Source: Lingula anatina (Eukaryota > Animalia > Brachiopoda). From it: a stretch of 64,000 nt of DNA. Positions 25,351 to 33,968 of the stretch are shown here, one piece after another. The notes under the pieces were generated by a model. That model saw nothing but the letters and a program-made list of their open reading frames with translations. It was not told the DNA's origin and ran no database searches. The position numbers and the translations under genes are program-made. The stretch is from contig CM120643.1 in assembly GCA_051362555.1 (NCBI GenBank), positions 20,774,848-20,838,847 on the forward strand, read 5' to 3'. The stretch's first letter is position 1. Every line of letters starts with the position of its first letter.

Positions 25351-25524
25351 GGGGGCGTCTCGATAGTCCGAAGGTTCATTGGTCCGAAGGTTCATTGGTC
25401 CGAAAAGTGGTAACATTTTTATCGATTTTTTAATCAAGGGTTCATTGGTCCGAAGGTTCTATAGTGAACATTCGGACCAATGAACCTTCGGACTATTGAA
25501 CCTTCGGACTATCGCTACGGCCCC
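25351..25524. mobile_element. MITE with GG..CC termini, 16-bp subterminal repeats and 8-bp TSD (superfamily uncertain, MULE/Merlin-like)
   Basis: TSD GCCTGTAG at 25343-25350 and 25525-25532. Repeats CCGAAGGTTCATTGGT on the left and their reverse complement on the right. Confidence 0.85.
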
Positions 25525-26416
25525 GCCTGTAGCCCGTGTGTGAAGTGTTATAATCTTTTAAAGTTATTCATGAAAAGAGAAGTTACTACCATTATTAAAA
25601 ATAATAATGAGTCGAGCCAATAAGTCTTTATTTTTAATTATACCTTCTTTTTGTGTGACTAAGTACAATTGTAACTGGACTTTTCAAAGAAGAGATTTTT
25701 TAAAGACTGCCACATCATATTTACTTGATGGATTTTGTTGGCTAGTTTTACTTGTTACGTAAATATATGGGGTCATGTCAATACATCCCCGCACTGTTAC
25801 TCCCCAGCACCAATACTCCCCTTTGGTACATTTTTACATTATGCACATCGATACGATTCCACACCTGTAGATCCCTGCATAGATACATCCTTTGTTAAAT
25901 TATTGTTATGCAAGCACTGGTACTCTACTCCCCCACACCAATACTCTCCCACATCTTTGGCTTCCCGCATCGTTACTCCCCCTAAACAAATAAAAACTCT
26001 ATTCTTCAATTTTATTATTTTATAGTTCATTTTATTCAGCTGGCCAATTTTATAATTTGCTTGCCAGTCATTTTAGCAATTTTAATGAACAGCTCCGGGA
26101 ATGAAAGTATCAAACCCCTTTTTATCACCCTGGGTTTCTTAGGTTCATGGGTGCCCAAATCTCACCAATCAGCAAGCCACTCATGGGAATGGGGTGGGGG
26201 TGGGCATTTCCAGGGGCCACTGAAACCCCCGAGTGCTTTTTACAGAAAAAAGGGAACATTTAAAATGTATTGCACTGGCGTTTAGCTCACAGCTGAATCG
26301 CTCCCTGGTAAAACTTACATATGGCATGAAATGAATCTGATATCTAGTCATTTGTTTTAATAGCCAGTATTCAAAGAGGACTTGAGTTCATGCATGTAGG
26401 TAAGTACTTGTGCTTG

Positions 26417-27895
26417 TTACTGCATTTCATCACTATATTCCAATTTCACAGGACATTCATGTAGCATCTCTTGTGAAACTGGTGAACTTTCTCTAAATTC
26501 ATCCTGGGAGCTATGAATTTCAAAATGAAGCCTGTCACTTTTGCCACAGTTTTTTTCATGCTCTTTACAGTTTTGTTTAACAGCAAATGCTTTTTCACAG
26601 TGCTGACATTGGAATGGTTTTTCACCAGTGTGAATCCTCTCATGTTTAACACAAGTACTTTTGATGTTAAATGCCTTAACACAGTACTGACATTTGAACG
26701 GTTTTTCTCCAGTGTGGATCCTTTCATGTACCATGCAGGTATTTTTGCGAGGAAAAGTTTTATCACAGTACTGACATTTGTGTGGTCTCTCTTCAATGTA
26801 TGTCCCTTCATGGTTAATCTTTTCATGGCGTACACAGTAACTTTTCTCGTAAAATGTTTTATCACAATACTGGCACTTATAGGTTGCTCTTTCCGTGTGA
26901 ATCATTTCATGACGTGCACAGTTATCTTTCCAAGAGAACTCTTTCTCACAGTACTGACATTTGTATGGTTTCTCTCCAGTGTGAGTCCTTTCATGGTTTA
27001 TACACATGACTTTCTGTGCAAATGTCTTGTCACAATATTGGCATTTGTACGGTTTTTCTCCAGTGTGAGTTCTTTCGTGCAATAAGAGGGAATATTTTGC
27101 AGTGTAGGTTTTACTACAATACTCACATTTAAAAGGCTTCTCCCCTGTGTGAGTTTTTTCATGTTGGATACAGTTGCTTTTTAGAGTAAAAGCCTTCTCA
27201 CAATACTGGCATTTAAATGGCTTTTCCCCAGTGTGGTTCATTTCATGACCTATACAAGACCTCTTTTCAACAAATGTCTTGTCACAGTACCGACATTTGA
27301 ATCTCCTTTCCCCAGTGTGGATTCTTTCATGTTTCACACAGTTACTTTTAAGGGTAAAGATTTTCTCACAGTATTGACACTGATAAGAAGGTTTGTTCGT
27401 TATATGTGGTTTTAAATGTAACTTATTAACAGCTGTAGAGACACGTTTTTTATACTCTTGGTTGGCACATGCTCCTGTATCCATAGTAATGCTTTCATTC
27501 AATCCAAAATCTATTTTTTCACATAATGTCTTGTCACTGTTATACTGGTGAGGCAGAGTATTTCTACAATATTGGCATTTATATGATTTCTCTCCAGTCT
27601 GTGTCCCTGCACCAGATACATCACTGCCATCATGGAGATATATCTGACCACAGCTCTGACATTTGACCATGTCCTGTTGGGTGTTATTTCCTCCACAGAT
27701 TTGGTAAGAAGACATATGGTAACTCAAATTAACATCTGCCAAAGTTCCAGCTCCGTTTTCAAGGGCAGCTTTTCTTTTTGACGTATCTACTTTGGCAATT
27801 TGGTCAAAATGGTTGTCAGCTGGCTCAACTTTCATATTTACAGTCAAAGTTTTATTGATTCTAATGTCCTGTTCACCTGACTGCATTTTTTGCAT
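26417..27895 (-). CDS. C2H2 zinc-finger gene, unit F (single coding exon, 10 fingers)
   Basis: 492-aa ORF paralogous to 15301-17005. Acceptor TTCTAG at 27948. Confidence 0.85.
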   Translation of the reverse strand: MQKMQSGEQDIRINKTLTVNMKVEPADNHFDQIAKVDTSKRKAALENGAGTLADVNLSYHMSSYQICGGNNTQQDMVKCQSCGQIYLHDGSDVSGAGTQTGEKSYKCQYCRNTLPHQYNSDKTLCEKIDFGLNESITMDTGACANQEYKKRVSTAVNKLHLKPHITNKPSYQCQYCEKIFTLKSNCVKHERIHTGERRFKCRYCDKTFVEKRSCIGHEMNHTGEKPFKCQYCEKAFTLKSNCIQHEKTHTGEKPFKCEYCSKTYTAKYSLLLHERTHTGEKPYKCQYCDKTFAQKVMCINHERTHTGEKPYKCQYCEKEFSWKDNCARHEMIHTERATYKCQYCDKTFYEKSYCVRHEKINHEGTYIEERPHKCQYCDKTFPRKNTCMVHERIHTGEKPFKCQYCVKAFNIKSTCVKHERIHTGEKPFQCQHCEKAFAVKQNCKEHEKNCGKSDRLHFEIHSSQDEFRESSPVSQEMLHECPVKLEYSDEMQ

Positions 27896-28810
27896 TGGTG
27901 CTTAAATGCTGTCTTTTGTTGTGTTCTTAATGGACTGGATATGAAACCTAGAACAAAATAAAAGATCACTGCATTGAACAAATGTAGGAAATGTAAGAAA
28001 TATACCAACTTCAAATGTGTGCATACTGTATGTGATCACCATTTTGAAAAGGAAGTCTGAAAATATTTCATTAATTATAAAAATACTATGGTGCATCGAA
28101 GCCTTCACTTTTCTCCCCTTCTCTCTGATGCCAAAAAGAATACAGAAAAGCTGGTGATGTAACAAGCATGTTGGAATCAAGAGGAGGCATGTTAAACTGT
28201 TAAATCTGATTGCATACAGCAAGAGTCCAAGTGAAGTGAGCAAGTACCAGTACAATAGATTCATTGGGAACACACTGTAACATCAGCTGGTATAAGTAAG
28301 TACTACATGGGTAATGTTTGACTATCAAGTTAGAAATACATTTCTTTTTTCTATCTTTTTTCTTCGACACGCAGTGTGATCTAGAGTCCGGCTGTGGCAT
28401 GTACATGCATGGTGGCCCAGGAAGCTTATTAGTCTGTTCCCCATTACTTTGTACAGGTGACCTTTGCCCATATACTAACCCCAATACTAAGACAACCATA
28501 TTAAACATAACCCTCCCCCCCCCCCCAAAAAAAAAAAAAAAAAAAAAAAAACTTCCACTCCTAAGCATACCATTCCTGACATACATGGTAAAAAAGTGAA
28601 GGATCAGTTTTCTCTGCATCAGTCTCAAATTTATTTACGTTCATGTAAGCTGGCACGATGATAAATATATTGGTCTGAAATGTGGTAGCAAAAGCTGAAA
28701 AATCACCAACAATAGCCGTAGATCTACTTGCCTTTCTTATGCACAAGCGATCACAGTAATCAATTATTATAATTCTCTTTTCACCCAGGGGTAATTTTAA
28801 TCGTCTTAAG

Positions 28811-28846
28811 GAGCAGACATCTTGGGCAATTCTAATGTGAAGATTG
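28811..28846 (-). promoter_or_regulatory. Shared promoter/first-exon motif of unit F
   Basis: CAATCTT...CCCAAGATGTCTGC with the same spacing as in the other units. Confidence 0.55.
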
Positions 28847-29230
28847 GTAAACGAAACGCAATTCTTAAGTTTACTGTAAAGTTTATAATGGTTATTCACT
28901 AATTGAGGAACGTTCTCAAATAAACACAATGGTAAAAATAAATGTTGGATATTAAAGGTTGGGTGCAGATGAACAAACGATGACCTCTTTGTCTCTTTGC
29001 GAGATGTGCGAATAGTTCTAGTCCCAAAGTTGGATTTTTATCAGTGTCCACATACAGCTTTAAAGGCAGAGTCTGTATAATTTCAGAGGTGGCATAGTAT
29101 GTGAGTGGTTTTAAATTTACGCTAACTTAATGACCGCATCCACGGTAAAATAAATTTATCAAAAGTATACCTTCATCATACTGTTATCTCTCAAATTTAT
29201 GTTTTAATCTCAAATGATAATTTTGGGGTA

Positions 29231-29475
29231 GGGGAGACCGGGGCACGTTCGGCCCCTTTTCCTTTGATCGGTTGTAGTTCAGCTGCTTGACGACGAATCT
29301 CAATGATGTGTTTTTAGTAGATAGAATGCTGAATTCCCCCTTTTTATACATTGTTTAAATGTCAAAAAGACCTTACGTTTTAAAGAAATTTAACATGAAA
29401 TAAATTTCCAACACGTGGCCGAACGTGCCCCGGCCTGGGGCACGTTCGGCCTCTCGATGGGGCACGTTCTGCCTG
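29231..29475 (+). mobile_element. Left end of a DNA transposon (TA-GGGGAGACCGGGGCACGTTCGGCC); right end not found
   Basis: The motif GGGGCACGTTCGGCC is repeated in direct and inverted orientation at 29417-29474. TA lies immediately 5'. Confidence 0.55.
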
Positions 29476-29724
29476 CAAATTCAAATACTTTCCTACCGAT
29501 TTCTTTTATTTCCATTTCACATGAATACCTTAAAAATAGGTATTTTTGGTGCTAAATTAGCTACTAAACTGTGACGATACACTTGAAATAAATAATATAG
29601 TTAGGTTTTAGAAAGATATAGGCCTATTTAGGCTTAATTGAAATTGTTTGTTTGGTACATGTATGTCCTTGAACTACATGTATTGAGCTACTATTTTTAA
29701 ATGCATAGGTCTTTATACTTCTCG

Positions 29725-32700
29725 CATCATGGTAACGTATGTATTGGTAACGTATGTATCATCTTAATGTAATAAAGAAGAATGAGCGACGTAAAAACAT
29801 GCGTGCCCACATATAAAACGTCGCACGCAACCAGTCGTGAAAAAAAAAAACAACAAACAATGAATTAAAAAAAAAAAAACCTTCACGTTATTTGGTGACA
29901 TATGTATCTTATGAACAATTTTCACATTTAGTTGAAGGCAAAAAATCTCTTTTTATTTTATTCTAATCTAACATTAAGACATAAGTGTTGGCCCACAAAT
30001 AGAAAAAGACGTAATAACAAGCTTGCGCATATATACAACGTCGCACGCATGTTATTACGTCGTTCATTCTTCTTTGTTACTTTAATATGATACATACGTT
30101 ACCGATACATACGTTACCATGAAGCGTGTAATTATTTATTTATTCTATTTTCATTGGTTGTCTTTCGTTTTGTGAACCAACACTTACACTGATGCTCATA
30201 AGTTAAGCAACACCCAGATTTTTTCAAAAGTTTCTTCTATCATGATCATTATTTCATTTGTTAGTGGAATTATGCATATTTCTTTCATATTTTATAAATA
30301 ACCTATTCAAATTGAATATTTCTGTTAATGAAATACACCACATAGCCTATTGTAATAATCAAAATAACTTTATTAACCAAACGGTACCAAAATAGGCCAA
30401 ACCATGTGTCTAAAAAGTATGCTCACACAGCATAAAGTACGTGCTGATTAAAACAGCTTATCATGAAAAAATAAAGTTCAATCATCTAAGAATTAGTTTT
30501 AATAAAAGAAGACTGTAGATAATAAATGATTAATCGTCTATTATCCAATAAATATTGGATGTGCCTTCCCTATTTTTGAACAACAGCTTCACAATGCCTC
30601 CTGCAATTTGCCACCAAATTCTGTCAATCTTGCATTGTGAGCCTGTTCCATTCCTAAATTACTGCCTGCTAGAGCTTTCTTATGTTTCCGACTGGAGGTT
30701 GTCTCTCATTAACTGCTCTGTCAATCATATCTTTAACATGTTCAATTACACTGAGAATTGGCGAATATTGCAGGGCCATCCAAATTTGGAATACCATGCT
30801 GTTGCAGCGCGATTTGCACGGACCGTGCTTTATGAATGGGCAAATTGTCCCGCACCAAAATGATATTCCTTCCTGGATTTGCTTGAATGTGTGATTGCAA
30901 GCTCCCCAATGGTATTTCTTCTCTGTATCGTTGACCAGTGTATCTCCCTTGCATGACGTACAGTGGCAATTTTTCATCATATGAGAAAGCGCACCATACT
31001 ATGACGGGTACTCCGCCATCCTGAATACAGTACGTGGGTAATCACAATCATCCTGAAACGCTTGGTTTGGACCTCTCCAGACTCCCAGCCAACCATCTGC
31101 ATACATCAAAGTGAATCTGCTCTCGCCAGTCCACAGGACCCTTCACCCAGTCCTTAGGTTCTATCTCTCTCGGCATCTGGCTTATGCCAAACTTATCTGC
31201 TTGTGTCTTTTGGTCGACGGTGGCTTTTTAGGAGGCTTTTTAAATGAAAGTCCAGCTTCTAAATTATGCCTGTTGACTGTCTGCCTACTGATTCGAGTTC
31301 TTCCTAATCCAGGCCAGATGTTTCTCAGCTGTTTGGTCGACATGAACCGGTTCTGGTGGCGTAGTCGAACCTAACATCTTCTAACACTTGCGTCGGTTAA
31401 TCTCGGTCTACCAGAAAGAGGCTTGTCCAATACATGATGAGTTTGGCGCCATTTTGCCACCAGCTTGGACACTTGACTTGGTGCTACTCTCTATTGCCTT
31501 GCAATCTGTCTCTCTGGTACCTCAGCAAGATGGCTTCCTATAATTTGCCATCTGATTACCTCGTTGAGTCTTCTTCTAACCATTGGTTGGTACAATATAA
31601 CAAATTGTGCCCATGAAACCAGCCAAATTGGAAGCTCCGCATGGCATGCCCAAACTGTGTTTTTCGCAAGTGGCACCCCTATTGCATATTCTACCCTGCC
31701 CAACAGTAAATAGTACTCAAATGTCACGGTCCACTAGTTCAAAGTAAGAACGAGATACATGTTTAGCTACTGTACAAATTTTGCCTCAATAAAAAGCTTG
31801 GTTGCTGAGAAATTTGAGAAATTAGAAAGTGTTGCTTAACTTATGAGCATCAGTGTATGTCTTAATGCTACATTAAAATAAAAGAAAATGAAATTAAAAA
31901 GATTTCTTGCCTTCAACTAACTGTGAAATATTTCACATGAATCCTATCGGTAACGTATGTGTCATTTTAACGTAACAAAGAAGAATGAGTGACGTAATAA
32001 CAAGCACATATACAACGTCGCACGCTTGTTATTACGTCGCTCATTCTTCTTTGTTACGTTAAAATGATACATACGTTACCGATACATACGTTACCATGAA
32101 GCGTGTAATTATTTATTTATTCTATTGTCATTGGTTGTCTTTCGTTTTGTAGACCAACACTTATATCTTAATGTTACATTAAAATAAAAGAAAAAGAGAC
32201 AAAAAAGAATCCTTGCCTTCAACTAACTGTGAAGTATTTCACATGAATCCTATCGGTAACGTATGTATCATTTTAACGTTACAAAGAGGAATGAGCGACG
32301 TCAAAACATGCGTGCGCACATATAAAACGTCGCACGTATGTTATTACGTCGTTCATTCTTCTTTGTTACGTTAATATGATACATACGTTACCGATACGTA
32401 CGTTACCATGAAGCGTGTAATTATTTATTTATTTATTCTATTTTCATTTTAGATCTAACGTAACAAAGAAGAATGAGCGACGAAATAAGAAGCTTGCGCA
32501 CATATACAACGTCGCACGCAACCACAGAGTCGCGACAACAGAGAACAAACAATGAAATCAGCAAAAACAATACCTTCACGTTATTTGGCAACGTATGTAT
32601 CGGTAACGTAGATCTATGCTCATAACGTATGCATCATATGAACAATTTTCACATTTGGTTGAAAGCAAGAAATCATTTTTGTCTCGTTTTATTTTAATGT

Positions 32701-33005
32701 AACATTAAGATATAAGTTTTGGCATACAAAACGAAAGACAATCAATGAAAATAGAATGAATAAATAATTCCACGCTTCATGGTAACGTATGTATCGGTAA
32801 CGTATGTATCATATCAACGTAACAAAGAAGAATGAGCGACGTAATAACAAGCGTGCGACGTTATATATGTGCGCAAGCTTGTTATTACATAACACAGAGG
32901 GCAATACAAATCTCGCGGGAGTTGGCATTCCCTTTTCTCTACTTCTATGTTATTACGTCGCTCATTCTTCTTTGTTACGTTAATATGATACATACGTTAC
33001 CGATA
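29725..33005. repeat. Complex array of about 320-bp units with internal hairpins, present in both orientations
   Basis: The module GGTAACGTATGTATCAT.TTAACGTAACAAAGAAGAATGAGCGACGTAATAAC recurs many times on both strands. A Tc1 element interrupts the array. Confidence 0.85.
30187..31855 (-). mobile_element. Full-length degenerate Tc1-like DNA transposon (1669 bp)
   Basis: Perfect 27-bp TIR CACTGATGCTCATAAGTTAAGCAACAC with TA on both sides. Broken transposase from ATG 31583 to about 30550 with SGRPR, VLWTGESRF, VRDNLPIH, SPILSVIEH and GRHIQY motifs. Confidence 0.93.
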
Positions 33006-33111
33006 GAAGTATATGTATTGATGCATCTTTGAAGATTTACATTATAGTTGTAAAATACAATCCGGCCTTCTTCGGGGATTATGAAAAAAAAAATTTTTTT
33101 TTTGTTCATAT

Positions 33112-33145
33112 TCCCCGAAGAAGTCCCAGGGGCCGAAAGCTCGGA
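33112..33145 (+). ncRNA. Minimal type-I hammerhead ribozyme motif of Penelope-like element type (possibly inactive)
   Basis: TCC-CCGAAGA-A-GTCC-CAGG-GGCC-GAAA-GC-TC-GGA: stem I UCC/GGA and palindromic AGCU stem III. An inverted partial copy lies at 33061-33087. Confidence 0.55.
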
Positions 33146-33968
33146 TAAAGTTTTAAAGAGTTTTAATCTGTGTAACAGCGGAGTAACTTCATCAGCTGTC
33201 TTACATGATAACAGTTAAATTAATTCGAGGTAATGCACGCATAATTGTAAATTAACTGGCGCTTCTTTATATTCATAGCAAGGCTTTTCCCATCGAACCG
33301 TCCAGCCGTCATTTGGACGACCGATGGCATCACCGGACGGCCTATATTCTTAAAGACGGCTGGACGGCTTACGATTTTTTTTTTAAATGACTGAATATGC
33401 ACCCTAACTGAATTGAACAATTTTAAGAATGGATCAAGTAGGGCCTATTACAATAACAACATCAAACAACTAACAATAATCACCTGCGGCAAAAGATATC
33501 ATGAAAGTTCACTTTTTAACTTAACAGATAAATCTAGTAATTATTTTTCAGTGAATTAAGTTGCTAGACTAGCTGGTGACATGTAATTAAAGTTCCACTT
33601 GGACAATAATTTTAATGGACCTCAGTATTTAGTATGTGAACTCACCCAGTGAAAGACATTTGTCATGGAAAAGATCATTGCAATATGCTGTCCTCGGCTT
33701 AAATTTAAGTATGTAATGCAGAAGCGAAAGTTTATAAAATAAGAACATGATTCATAATATTCGCCTCAATTAGTGTGCATTACGTTCCGCGTGTGCATTC
33801 TTTGTTGCGAACGAACCCGAAGTCAAGAAGCGGCCAGATACCAAACACGAAGTTTTCGTCACTTCAGGCATTTCAGTTCTAGTTGAGTAGATTTCTTCAT
33901 TCGGAGCGATTATTCTATTAATGTTTATAGAAGATAACCAACTCGGTATTTATAAGATCAGTACAGCT

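Noticed and set aside
25770-25985. Cluster of TACTCCCC motifs as a complete transposon
   Set aside because: Looks like subterminal repeats, but no matching other end or TSD was found.
1998-27400. 84-bp periodic repeats as a CRISPR-like array
   Set aside because: They are C2H2 finger codons in a eukaryotic gene, with no spacer structure and no cas genes.
925-27415. Many short antisense or alternate-frame ORFs over the ZF exons (MKELTLERNH..., LAFVWFLSSV...)
   Set aside because: Shadow frames of the repetitive finger codons, with no independent evidence.
33298-33367. 13-bp inverted repeat CCGTCCAGCCGTC / GACGGCTGGACGG
   Set aside because: Too short to assign; probably an old MITE core.
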